This document shows, in pieces, positions 18,938 to 28,232 of a DNA stretch of 64,000 bases (positions within the stretch are counted from its first letter, which is position 1; each line of letters begins with the position of its first letter). The translations under genes were made by a program, and so were the position numbers. Below the pieces are notes generated by a model that was not told where the DNA came from, ran no database searches, and saw only the letters and a program-made list of their open reading frames with translations. The stretch lies in NCBI GenBank assembly GCA_043823785.1, contig JBDRAM010000042.1, positions 1,563-65,562 on the forward strand. Reading direction: 5' to 3'. The stretch is from Candidatus Omnitrophota bacterium (lineage in GTDB: Bacteria; Omnitrophota; Gorgyraeia; JABMRG01).

Positions 18938-20059
18938 CACACACACTACCGCCCCACATGGGCAGAGGTAGACCTCGGTGCGATAAAGTATAACCTCTCA
19001 CAGGTCAAGAGAGTAATTGGAAAAGATACATCTATACTTGTAGCGGTCAAAGCGAACGCGTACGGCCATGGCATATTAGAGGTATCCAGAGTGCTGGTAA
19101 GCTCCGGCGTAGATTTCCTCGGGGTAGGTACTACCGATGAGGCTGTTCTTTTAAGAAATAATGGATTTAAAATACCTATATTGATATTAGGTTCTATACT
19201 TCCATCCGAAGCCGAAGCTGTTATTAAAAATAATATTAGCCATACGGTAGGCAGCATAGAGCTGGCTTCTTTCATTAACCGTGTATCTGCTAGGATGGGC
19301 CGCCGAGCGAAAGTACACATTAAGATAGATACAGGTATGGGCAGAATAGGTATATGGCATAAGGATGCCGTCTGTTTTATAAAAGAATTGGTACGGTTTA
19401 AAAATATTAATATAGAAGGCATATTCAGCCACTTTCCGAGCGCTGACGATAATGAACTCTTAACCCGAAAGCAGATAAGAGATTTCCAGGCGATCATAAA
19501 CGAAATAGAGAGTCTCGGTATAGATATAAGATATAAGCATATGGCAAACAGTACAGCTCTGGTAGGCTATAAAGAATCTCATATGAATCTTGTAAGGCCA
19601 GGGCTTATGCTATACGGCCTTTATCCGTTATCGTATTCCTCAAAAAGAAAGGCAATCCTTAGGCCCGCGCTTAGCTTAAAAAGCAGAATATCTTTTATCA
19701 AGGATGTGCCTTCCGGAAGAACTATAAGTTATGGCGGCACTTATAAAACCAGGCGGGCTGCTAAAGTAGCTACTATACCTATAGGATATGGAGATGGCTA
19801 CAGCCGCAGGCTTTCAAATAAAGGCCATGTTCTTGTGAAGGGGATAAGGGTAAAGATATTGGGAATCGTATGCATGGATCAGATAATGGCAGATGTAACT
19901 AATGTGCCCGGGGTAAGCGTAGGTGACAAAGTCACCTTGATAGGAAAGGATAAGGGCTGCGGTATTACAGTCGAGGAGATCGCCGAAATCTGCGAAACCA
20001 TACCATATGAAGTGGTATGCTGGTTCGACAATAGGATACCGCGTATTTATATAGAATAA
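18881..20059 (+). CDS. alr: Alanine racemase
   Basis: AVKANAYGHG PLP lysine, KIDTGMGRIG, GYGDG, CMDQ, TIPYE; start could be 18881 or 18911. Confidence 0.96.
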   Translation: MKKPRYAICDMRYARRKIQHTHYRPTWAEVDLGAIKYNLSQVKRVIGKDTSILVAVKANAYGHGILEVSRVLVSSGVDFLGVGTTDEAVLLRNNGFKIPILILGSILPSEAEAVIKNNISHTVGSIELASFINRVSARMGRRAKVHIKIDTGMGRIGIWHKDAVCFIKELVRFKNINIEGIFSHFPSADDNELLTRKQIRDFQAIINEIESLGIDIRYKHMANSTALVGYKESHMNLVRPGLMLYGLYPLSYSSKRKAILRPALSLKSRISFIKDVPSGRTISYGGTYKTRRAAKVATIPIGYGDGYSRRLSNKGHVLVKGIRVKILGIVCMDQIMADVTNVPGVSVGDKVTLIGKDKGCGITVEEIAEICETIPYEVVCWFDNRIPRIYIE

Positions 20060-20062
20060 AAT

Positions 20063-21733
20063 ATGAATAACAGATCTGATTTAATAGCGGTTATACTAAT
20101 AATTATTCTAGGAGTAGTTGTCTATTTTAATTCATTAACCGGTGAATTTATCTGGGATGACAACTCTCTTGTAAAAGATAACATTTATATAAAAGATTTA
20201 TCTCACATAACAGATATATTTATTAAAGGAGTAGATGAGCATACCGGCATAGGATCAAGTGCTATATCTTATAGCCCGATTAGATTTTATCGGCCGCTTC
20301 AGATATATACCTACCTTATCGATCATTCCTTATGGAAATTAGATGTAAGAGGTTATCATCTTACAAATATTATTCTGCACATATTGGTATCCCTGACTAT
20401 TTACTGGCTAATAAATATTTTGTTTAATGACAGGATCATATCTTTTTTGACTGCGGCTTTTTTTATAGTGCACCCAGTCCATGTTGAGGCAGTAGCATAC
20501 ATATCAGGAAGGGCTGATTCCCTCGCAGCTTTTTTTATGCTGTTATGCATGGTGCTTTATATAAAATATCTTAATTCCAGGTCCGGAGTTTTTTATATAG
20601 CAATGCTCCTGGCTTACGCACTGGCACTTTTATCAAAAGAAAACAGCTTAATACTTCCTGTATTACTTTTATTTTACCATTTTACATTTAAAAAAAGATT
20701 TCATATAAAAGAATTCTTGCCTGTCGTTTTGCTCACAGCTTGTTATGTAATTGTAAGATTGAAAATCCTGATGTTGTTTCCAGTTTCTGATTTAGGGCCT
20801 CACGCTCTATCGCAAAGAATACCGGGGTTTTTCGCCGCTATAATTGCCTATATTAGGATATTATTTATACCTGTTAGCCTGCATATGGAATATGGGAACA
20901 GATTATTCACCTTAACTGATGCTGATGTCCTTGCAGGAATATGTATCTTTTTTTTACTTTTAGCCGCCGCCCTTTTAAAAAGAAGAAGCGACAATCTTAT
21001 GTTTTTTTCAATATTCTGGTTTTTTATTTTACTTATACCTCAATCTAATATCTATCCCATAAATACCTATATGGCAGAGCACTGGCTTTATCTTCCCTCT
21101 ATAGCCTTTTTTCTTATATTAGCTAGATCCCTAAGGAGATTTTTAAATATTAAAAATTACAAGATTGCTGGTGTTGCCGCCTGTGTTTTCTTGCTTGGTT
21201 TTTTTTCTTATCTGACTATCAGGCAAAACTCTTATTGGCGCAATCCTCTGGTATTTTTCAAGAGGACATTAAGATATGCGCCAGGTAATGTCAATATTCT
21301 CAGATGGCTTGCAATTACCTATAATGAAATGGGATTTAGAGAAGAGGCTGTTGATACGTATAATAAGGCTATAGCTATTACTCCTTATGATTCATCATTA
21401 TATAATAATCTTGCTGCGCTATATTTTGCTTTGGATAATAAAGAAGAAGCGATCAGATTATTTAAAAAAGCCATCGAATTGGAACGCGATTCTGCCGATT
21501 CAGCCATATATTATGATAACTTGGCTGGTGCGTATCGCATTCTTGGAGAAGAGGAGAGAGCCATCTTTTTTCATAAGAGAGCTATTGAAGTTGATCCAAG
21601 TTTTATCAAGGCATACTGCAGCCTTGCGCAGACATACATCATATTTGGTAAGGAAGAAGAAGCAAAGGAGTCATATAAAAAGGCGCTGCAAGTCAATCCT
21701 GATTATGTAATACGATATTTTAAAATAAAATAA
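20063..21733 (+). CDS. TMTC-like membrane GT-C protein with C-terminal TPRs
   Basis: FIWDD, YRPL, YHLTNIILH, HPVHVEAVAYISGR, SKE, AEHWLYLPS; about 4 TPRs. Confidence 0.85.
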   Translation: MNNRSDLIAVILIIILGVVVYFNSLTGEFIWDDNSLVKDNIYIKDLSHITDIFIKGVDEHTGIGSSAISYSPIRFYRPLQIYTYLIDHSLWKLDVRGYHLTNIILHILVSLTIYWLINILFNDRIISFLTAAFFIVHPVHVEAVAYISGRADSLAAFFMLLCMVLYIKYLNSRSGVFYIAMLLAYALALLSKENSLILPVLLLFYHFTFKKRFHIKEFLPVVLLTACYVIVRLKILMLFPVSDLGPHALSQRIPGFFAAIIAYIRILFIPVSLHMEYGNRLFTLTDADVLAGICIFFLLLAAALLKRRSDNLMFFSIFWFFILLIPQSNIYPINTYMAEHWLYLPSIAFFLILARSLRRFLNIKNYKIAGVAACVFLLGFFSYLTIRQNSYWRNPLVFFKRTLRYAPGNVNILRWLAITYNEMGFREEAVDTYNKAIAITPYDSSLYNNLAALYFALDNKEEAIRLFKKAIELERDSADSAIYYDNLAGAYRILGEEERAIFFHKRAIEVDPSFIKAYCSLAQTYIIFGKEEEAKESYKKALQVNPDYVIRYFKIK

Positions 21734-21822
21734 GATAAGCTAATGTATAAGATTAAGCTAGTTTTTAGTAGATTTAGAGAGATTTTAAGAGAATTATGCT
21801 TAGAAAGAGCTTATTTATGGGC

Positions 21823-21851
21823 TTGACTAGTAAGTTTAAATACTATATACT
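21823..21851 (+). promoter_or_regulatory. Sigma70-type promoter of pilus operon
   Basis: TTGACT-17 bp-TATACT. Confidence 0.65.
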
Positions 21852-21968
21852 TCTATTACTGTATATCAAGTGCTATCAAGCACTACTTAGGTAACTCTAA
21901 GAGCTTTTAGAGCATTATGATATAATTTTAATAAAGGCGCAATATGCGTTCTGTTGTGGAGGTTTAGG

Positions 21969-22157
21969 ATGAAATCTGAGAGATACTATTCTGCCAACGA
22001 AGTTGCCAGGGTATTAAGCATGTCCAAGCAGACTTTAGTGAGGTATGAGTCTAAGGGGATATTCCCCAGAGCAAGACGCAATAGAGTTAATGGTTGGAGG
22101 GAATATACTATTAATGAGATAAATCATCTGAGAAATATAATGGGCAGGACAACATGA
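21969..22157 (+). CDS. Stand-alone MerR-type HTH protein
   Basis: YSANEVARVLSMSKQTLVRYESKGIFP...NGWREY; no effector domain; GGAGG upstream. Confidence 0.85.
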   Translation: MKSERYYSANEVARVLSMSKQTLVRYESKGIFPRARRNRVNGWREYTINEINHLRNIMGRTT

Positions 22158-22187
22158 TGATTATTTTATGTGTACGGGAGAATATAG

Positions 22188-23762
22188 ATGGCTAAGGAAG
22201 TTGTCGGTATATATATATCAGCAAAAAGCGTAGATATAGTAGAACTTAGTGGTTCTGCGCACATGCCCCGACTTAAGAATTTTATTCGTGAGGATATTGC
22301 TTCTTCGTCCGCGGATACAATAAAGGATAGCAAGGATGAGCTTGCTAAAAAGCAGGATACCCGCCGCGAGAGCATATCGCTTGCTATAAAAGAAGGCCTT
22401 AGTAAGATGAATATAAGGTCAGCCAGTGCCCGCACTGTTCTACATACAAGCGATGTTATGATACGCTATTTTAGCATGCCTAAAATGCCAAAGTCAGAAC
22501 AGGCGCAGGCAGTAAAGTTTGAGGTTAGAAAGTATATTCCGTTTAAGGTTGATAAATTAGCCTGTGATTTTAAGATACTACCGACTTCTTCCAGGTCAAA
22601 GAATGTTATGGATGTTTTCTTTATTGCCGCGACCAAGGACAATCTTAGCTCTCATCTGGATCTATTCAATAAAGCTGATACAGACGCTGCCGGAGTAGAT
22701 ATTATTCCTTTCGCGCTTGTTAAGGCCCTCATTTTATGCAGAAAGCTCACACCCAAAGATAATGTGGCGGTATTGTATTTTGATAATGACAGGTTATCCG
22801 CTTCTATACATATCATTGAGAGAGGGATACCATTTTTAAGCCGTGATATTACGGTAATAGCTGATGATAAGGAAGCATTTTTTGAAAAAATGGTCAGCGA
22901 AATAAGGGTTTCACTCGATTACTATCACCGCCAAAAACCCCAGACTGACGTTACAAAGGTTATCATATGCGGTGAAAGATTATATGAAGGCTTAGATACA
23001 TTTTTGTCCGATGAGCTAAAAGTCATAACCGAAACCCTGGATGGGTTTACAGGTTTAAGGGGAGCGGAAAAGGTAGACCCTTCCTTCGCTATTTCTATCG
23101 GAGCTGCTTTAGGCGGATTGGGAAAGTCGAATTATAGTATCAATCTGTCGCCTTTTGCGGGAGTAAAAGAAAAGAGAGATCTTGCCAATATAATTTATAT
23201 GGAGGCGGCTGCAACCCTTTTTATAGTAATAGCGATCTTTATTGTAACAAGTTTTCAGAGCGGCAGCTTATGGGCAAAGCTTAAAAAGATAGAAAGCCAG
23301 CAGCAGGATATTATGCCTGAGATAGCCTCTTTTAACAACACGGCATTGAAGGCGCTGAATACTAAAACAATAGAAGAGCTTAAATTCCTGGAACTTATTT
23401 TAAATGATAGGATATCGTGGACAGAGATATTGGATAGGTTAGCAAAAGATATACCTAATGAGATGTGGCTTACCGGATTTGACGCGAGAGAATATTTTTT
23501 AAAAACAGGTTCCTCGAGCTACCCTGAAAAGATGAGCCGAAGCCTTTCTATAGCAGGGAATGCGTTCTCTCTAAATGGCAGGAACAGAGAAATAGAGAAT
23601 ATAAGCAGTTTTCTCTCTATTCTTAAAGAAGATAAGATATTCGCGGATTTCTTTGACAAGATAGAATTAGGCCCTATAGATGAGAGGAGAGAAAGAGACC
23701 ATATGATATCTTCATTTGAGATAAACGCGAAAAGAGAAACCTTAGATAGAGGCAGAAGTTAG
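22188..23762 (+). CDS. pilM: PilM-like actin-fold protein fused to TM helix and PilN-like domain
   Basis: VGIYIS N-terminus, AVKFEVRKYIPF, EIRVSLDYY, INL motif, TM, then LAKDIPNEMWLT. Confidence 0.8.
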   Translation: MAKEVVGIYISAKSVDIVELSGSAHMPRLKNFIREDIASSSADTIKDSKDELAKKQDTRRESISLAIKEGLSKMNIRSASARTVLHTSDVMIRYFSMPKMPKSEQAQAVKFEVRKYIPFKVDKLACDFKILPTSSRSKNVMDVFFIAATKDNLSSHLDLFNKADTDAAGVDIIPFALVKALILCRKLTPKDNVAVLYFDNDRLSASIHIIERGIPFLSRDITVIADDKEAFFEKMVSEIRVSLDYYHRQKPQTDVTKVIICGERLYEGLDTFLSDELKVITETLDGFTGLRGAEKVDPSFAISIGAALGGLGKSNYSINLSPFAGVKEKRDLANIIYMEAAATLFIVIAIFIVTSFQSGSLWAKLKKIESQQQDIMPEIASFNNTALKALNTKTIEELKFLELILNDRISWTEILDRLAKDIPNEMWLTGFDAREYFLKTGSSSYPEKMSRSLSIAGNAFSLNGRNREIENISSFLSILKEDKIFADFFDKIELGPIDERRERDHMISSFEINAKRETLDRGRS

Positions 23763-23764
23763 CC

Positions 23765-24304
23765 ATGGCAGTACATAAGATAAATATAAATGAGCAAACC
23801 AAGCTGATGGCTATAGGCATTGCCATAGCGTTGCTGACTATTCTTATCTCTTATGCTATGATTCGCAAATCGTATAATATAAGAAACAGCCAAACAGCAA
23901 AGATAGAAGAGGAGAAAGAGAGCCAGGTTTTAAGAAATAAGATAACCGGGCTATACGAGCTAAGGGGTAAATACCGCAAATATCTTTATGAGACTGAGGA
24001 TATAGATGTTTTAAGAAACAACATATCTTCTTTGGCCCTAAACTCCGGTATAGATATTGTTTCATTGCAGCCGCTTGAGCCGGAAAAAATAGGAAAGTAT
24101 TCAAAGGTCTCTTTTAATCTGCGCGTAAGATGCAGTTATGATAAGCTGGGAAAGTTTATAGAGAGCATAGAGACCTATCCCACGCTGACCAATGTCGAAG
24201 AGCTTACCCTGTATTCCGGCGCCTCAGAGACAGAGCGCAAATATCAGGGAGCTACTATTGCGGAGGTATCTCTTTTAGTCAATGCTTACTGCATGGGAAA
24301 ATAA
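23765..24304 (+). CDS. pilO: PilO-like protein
   Basis: N-terminal TM, coiled coil, CSYDKLGKFIESIE motif. Confidence 0.8.
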   Translation: MAVHKININEQTKLMAIGIAIALLTILISYAMIRKSYNIRNSQTAKIEEEKESQVLRNKITGLYELRGKYRKYLYETEDIDVLRNNISSLALNSGIDIVSLQPLEPEKIGKYSKVSFNLRVRCSYDKLGKFIESIETYPTLTNVEELTLYSGASETERKYQGATIAEVSLLVNAYCMGK

Positions 24305-24321
24305 TCGAATAGAGTGATAAT

Positions 24322-24804
24322 ATGGATAAAGAAAAGCGCGAGAAGATAATACTTGCAATAATCATACCTATATTTTTAATAGGCCTGGGCTATAGTTTTA
24401 TGCATGGCAGGACGAAAAGCCAAGATGCAGGTACAGATGGTATTAATATTATAGAAAAAGAGCAGGAGATGGGTTTGCATGCGCAGGCTGATGCGGAGAT
24501 ATCCATACCCGATGGTATATTAGAGGTAAAATATGAGGGCAGCGGCAAGGATCCGCTTAAGGACCTGATGCAGGAGTATCTTAAGACACAAAAATATGAA
24601 GAGCCCAAGCTTGTAATGGGAGAGATGCCTTTGCCGGACCTAAAAATACAAGGCCTGCTCTGGAAATCCGACATGCCTCAGGTTATAGTAAACGGCCAAG
24701 TCCTTAAATTGGGCGATACTATAGAGGGCGTGAAAATATCAGATATAAAAAAAGAAGGTATAACAGTTGAGCACGGTGGCAGATCCGTGTTCATTAAAAA
24801 ATAA
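24322..24804 (+). CDS. PilP/GspB-like protein
   Basis: TM, KDPL, LKIQGLLW, VIVNGQVLKLGDTIEGVKISDI. Confidence 0.7.
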   Translation: MDKEKREKIILAIIIPIFLIGLGYSFMHGRTKSQDAGTDGINIIEKEQEMGLHAQADAEISIPDGILEVKYEGSGKDPLKDLMQEYLKTQKYEEPKLVMGEMPLPDLKIQGLLWKSDMPQVIVNGQVLKLGDTIEGVKISDIKKEGITVEHGGRSVFIKK

Positions 24805-24885
24805 AAAGCAAGCGGCCGAAGGCCGCGTGAGTCCGCCGTAGCCCTCCAGTGGTATCCGCGTAGTAAGGGCGGAGGCGGATAAAAA
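24805..24885. repeat. REP-like unit homologous to 2580-2740
   Basis: GCGGCCGAAGGCCGC hairpin, TCCGCCGTAGCCC...GGGCGGAGGCGGATAAAAAG. Confidence 0.8.
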
Positions 24886-24897
24886 GGAGAAGATAAG

Positions 24898-26397
24898 ATG
24901 AGGATATTAAATAGTAACGGTTGGATGATAACAAAAATATTATTGATATCCATACTTATATTTAATTATCCGTGCGAAGTTAGCGCACAGGGCTCCCCGC
25001 GCATTTCTATGGATTTTCAGAATGCGGAGCTTAAAGATGTGCTCAAGGTATTTTCGCAGCAGGCAGGCTTGAATTTTGTCGCTTCAGATAATATAGAGGA
25101 TAAGAAGATAACTCTTTATCTCGATGATGTTACAGTGCAGGATGCCCTTGACTCTATAATGAAGGCCAACAATCTTATATATGAACAGCCGCCTGAAAGC
25201 AATATATTTGTCGTAAAGGAATCCAAAGAGGCGGAAATCCAGATGGTCACAAAAGTATACAAGCTCAAATATGCCCGCGTTGCCGCCACAGGCAATGTTA
25301 TGCAGGAGCAGGTGGTAGATATCAGGACACTGCTAAAAGATATGCTTACAAAGAAGGACGGGGGCTCTTCATATGGCAGTATTGCTGTTGATAGACGTAC
25401 TAACAGCGTCATAATCACTACAGTTGCCGAGGACTTCCCTTTGATAGAAAGGACGATTAATGAGCTTGACTCTATGACTCCGCAAGCGCTTATAGAGGCA
25501 GAGATAGTTGAGATAAATACATCAGCCTTCCAGGCATTGGGCTTAGATTGGGGCGGTGCTACAGGAACATTTGTAAGCTTTACAGGGCCTGTAAAAAGCA
25601 CCAAATTCCCCTTTATAAGAGATCAAGGCATGTTTAAGCAAGGCCTTTTAGAGGGAGCCGAGACTGCTAATAGATTAGGCACTCTTTCTCTTGCTGAGTT
25701 CAGCGTTCTTATTAAAGCATTAGAGAGCGAAGGCATGGCAAGATATCTAGCGAAACCCAGAATGATGGTCTTAAATAATGAGACTGCCGAGATAAATATA
25801 ACATCAGATACCGCTGTAGGCATAGAAAGCACGACCATAACAGAGACAGGGGAGGTTATAAGAAAGGCAGAGCGACAGGAGACAGGGGTAAGCCTTAAGG
25901 TTACTCCTACTATAAATGAGAATGATTATATAACCATGACAATAGAACCGAATGTTTCAAGGCCTATACAATCAGAATTTTTTAGTGATTTTGTAGATCC
26001 TGCAAAGCGCAGCGCGAAGACCACGGTTATGGTCAAAGGCGGCCAGACATTAGCTATAGGCGGGCTTCTTAAATCAGATGACGAAGGAAGCAAGAGAAAG
26101 ACCCCCGGAGTAAACAAGATACCGTTTTTTGGTAATCTATTTAAATCAAAGGAAGACAGGTCATCCGGCACAGAGCTTGTTATATTTATCACAGCGCATG
26201 TTATAAGAGATGTTGCTGAACTCGGCGCGGATCTTATAGAGATAGATAGGCAGAAGGATAAAGGCCTGCCTAAGGAAGTTGAGATACTTGACGCGGAGAA
26301 ACAGCTAAGTGACGATAGAGAGTCAGAGATAAAAAAGACCGTTATAAAACTTAGAAAGAAAAGAGAACTCAGCAGAACCACAGATCGCACAGATTGA
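24898..26397 (+). CDS. pilQ: Secretin (PilQ/GspD family)
   Basis: Signal peptide; ISMDFQNAELKDVL (STN), DRRTNSVII, QALIEAEIVE, LKVTPTIN, IPFFGNLFK, ELVIFIT. Confidence 0.9.
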   Translation: MRILNSNGWMITKILLISILIFNYPCEVSAQGSPRISMDFQNAELKDVLKVFSQQAGLNFVASDNIEDKKITLYLDDVTVQDALDSIMKANNLIYEQPPESNIFVVKESKEAEIQMVTKVYKLKYARVAATGNVMQEQVVDIRTLLKDMLTKKDGGSSYGSIAVDRRTNSVIITTVAEDFPLIERTINELDSMTPQALIEAEIVEINTSAFQALGLDWGGATGTFVSFTGPVKSTKFPFIRDQGMFKQGLLEGAETANRLGTLSLAEFSVLIKALESEGMARYLAKPRMMVLNNETAEINITSDTAVGIESTTITETGEVIRKAERQETGVSLKVTPTINENDYITMTIEPNVSRPIQSEFFSDFVDPAKRSAKTTVMVKGGQTLAIGGLLKSDDEGSKRKTPGVNKIPFFGNLFKSKEDRSSGTELVIFITAHVIRDVAELGADLIEIDRQKDKGLPKEVEILDAEKQLSDDRESEIKKTVIKLRKKRELSRTTDRTD

Positions 26398-26432
26398 CTT
26401 GTAAACAATTCACTCTACAGATAGCACAGATT
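26379..26432. repeat. Nonamer-periodic CACAGAT repeats
   Basis: CACAGATCGCACAGATT ... TACAGATAGCACAGATT; same family at 63679-63715. Confidence 0.6.
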
Positions 26433-26493
26433 TAGCGGGAGGAAACGAGCGAACGTGAAATCTGGGCAATAAACTAGTAAAGCAAATTAAAAT

Positions 26494-28197
26494 ATGCGTA
26501 AGTCCAAGCTTAGAATAGGTGAAATCCTGATGAGGGAGGGCACCCTTACTCAAGCGCAGCTTGATGAGGCATTAAGGTCGCAGAAGACGAGCGGCCGGAC
26601 ATTAGGCGATATAATAGTTGATAAAGGTTTTACATCGGAGAAAGACTTAGCCAATGCCCTGGCAAAGCAGTTGGATATACCGTTCGCGTCTTTAAACGAC
26701 GGTTCCTTAAAGCCCTCAGGCAAAGAGATGGCAGAGCTTGTGCCGGAATCCTTCGCGAGAAGCCAGATAGTTCTCCCGCTTTCAAAACATCTTAAATCGC
26801 TTACCGTAGCGTTCGCGAATCCGCTGGACCTCCTTGTAATAGATAATCTAAAGAAAATCACAGGTTGCGAGATAAATCCTATTATCGCGACAAAGAAAGA
26901 CCTCAGGGAAGCCGTAGATAAATTCTATGGGCACGTGGATCTTTTAAAAGAGGCTGTGGACAGCTCTTATTCTATAGAAGAAGAGGGCGCTGCAGAAGCG
27001 TTTGATGAGACTACGGCAGAAACCCTTGAGGACCTTATATCCAGGGCTGAAGAGGCCCCTGTGGTTAAACTGGTCGATCTTATGCTTATACAGGCAGTGC
27101 GTGAGAAGGCCAGCGATATACACATAGAGCCTTTTAAGGACAGGATAAACGTAAGGATAAGAGTTGATGGTATATTGCACCCCATAGCGCCGCCGTCTCA
27201 GCATCTTCTGCCCGCGCTTATATCCAGAATAAAGATACTATCCAATATGGATATAGCTGAAAGAAGGCTGCCCCAGGATGGGGGCTTTGTAGTAAAGATA
27301 GAGGACCGCCCTGTTGATATAAGGGCTTCTCTTGTGCCTACTATATTTGGCGAGAAGGCTGTTTTAAGGATTTTAGATAAAGGCGCTGTTTCGCACGACC
27401 TTGATAAGCTTGGATTTTCAAAAAAGGATCTGGAGGTATTTAAGAGATCTATTACAAGGCCCTATGGGCTTGTCTTTATAACCGGGCCTACTGGAAGCGG
27501 AAAGACTACCACGCTTTATTCCGCGCTCAGCCATGTAAAGAGTTCCACGAAGAATATTATGACAGTTGAAGATCCGGTAGAATATCAGTTGACCGGGATC
27601 AACCAGGTCCAGGTAAAACCCAAGATAGGGTTAACTTTCGCGGCAAGCCTGCGCTCTTTTTTAAGGCAGGACCCTGATATTATTATGGTAGGAGAGGTCA
27701 GGGATATAGAGACAGCCGGTATATGCGTAAGAGCCGCGCTTACAGGACATCTTGTATTTAGCACACTCCATACCAATGACGCGCCGGCTGCTATAACCAG
27801 GCTTATAGATATAGGCATAGAGCGCTTTCTTGTAGCGTCAAGCGTCGTGCTTATAATGGCCCAGCGGCTTATAAGAAAACTATGCCCGAAATGTAAAGAG
27901 CCGGCCGATATGCCGGATGAACTTATAAAACAATATGACCTGCCAAAAAAGAAGGTCTTTAAGGCTAAGGGGTGTGAATATTGCAGAAATACAGGTTATT
28001 CGGGTAGAATTGCCATAACCGAGGTCCTGGCAGTGGATGAGGATATAAGGGAGATGATAGTAAAGGGCGCTTCTTTGCCCAGCATTAGAGAAGCAGCGAA
28101 AAAATCAGGTATGACTACTTTGGTAGAAAGCGGGATAGAGAAGGTATTAGCGGGGGTAACAAGTGTTGATGAGATAGCAAGTGTTACTTTTGTATGA
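26494..28197 (+). CDS. pilB: Type IV pilus assembly ATPase PilB/GspE with N-terminal MshEN-like domain
   Basis: RIGEILMREG N-terminus, ASDIHIEP, GPTGSGKTT, LRQDPDIIMVGEVRD, two CxxC. Confidence 0.93.
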   Translation: MRKSKLRIGEILMREGTLTQAQLDEALRSQKTSGRTLGDIIVDKGFTSEKDLANALAKQLDIPFASLNDGSLKPSGKEMAELVPESFARSQIVLPLSKHLKSLTVAFANPLDLLVIDNLKKITGCEINPIIATKKDLREAVDKFYGHVDLLKEAVDSSYSIEEEGAAEAFDETTAETLEDLISRAEEAPVVKLVDLMLIQAVREKASDIHIEPFKDRINVRIRVDGILHPIAPPSQHLLPALISRIKILSNMDIAERRLPQDGGFVVKIEDRPVDIRASLVPTIFGEKAVLRILDKGAVSHDLDKLGFSKKDLEVFKRSITRPYGLVFITGPTGSGKTTTLYSALSHVKSSTKNIMTVEDPVEYQLTGINQVQVKPKIGLTFAASLRSFLRQDPDIIMVGEVRDIETAGICVRAALTGHLVFSTLHTNDAPAAITRLIDIGIERFLVASSVVLIMAQRLIRKLCPKCKEPADMPDELIKQYDLPKKKVFKAKGCEYCRNTGYSGRIAITEVLAVDEDIREMIVKGASLPSIREAAKKSGMTTLVESGIEKVLAGVTSVDEIASVTFV

Positions 28198-28232
28198 TCA
28201 GTATCTTTTAAAGAGAGGGAGATTTAGAAGGT

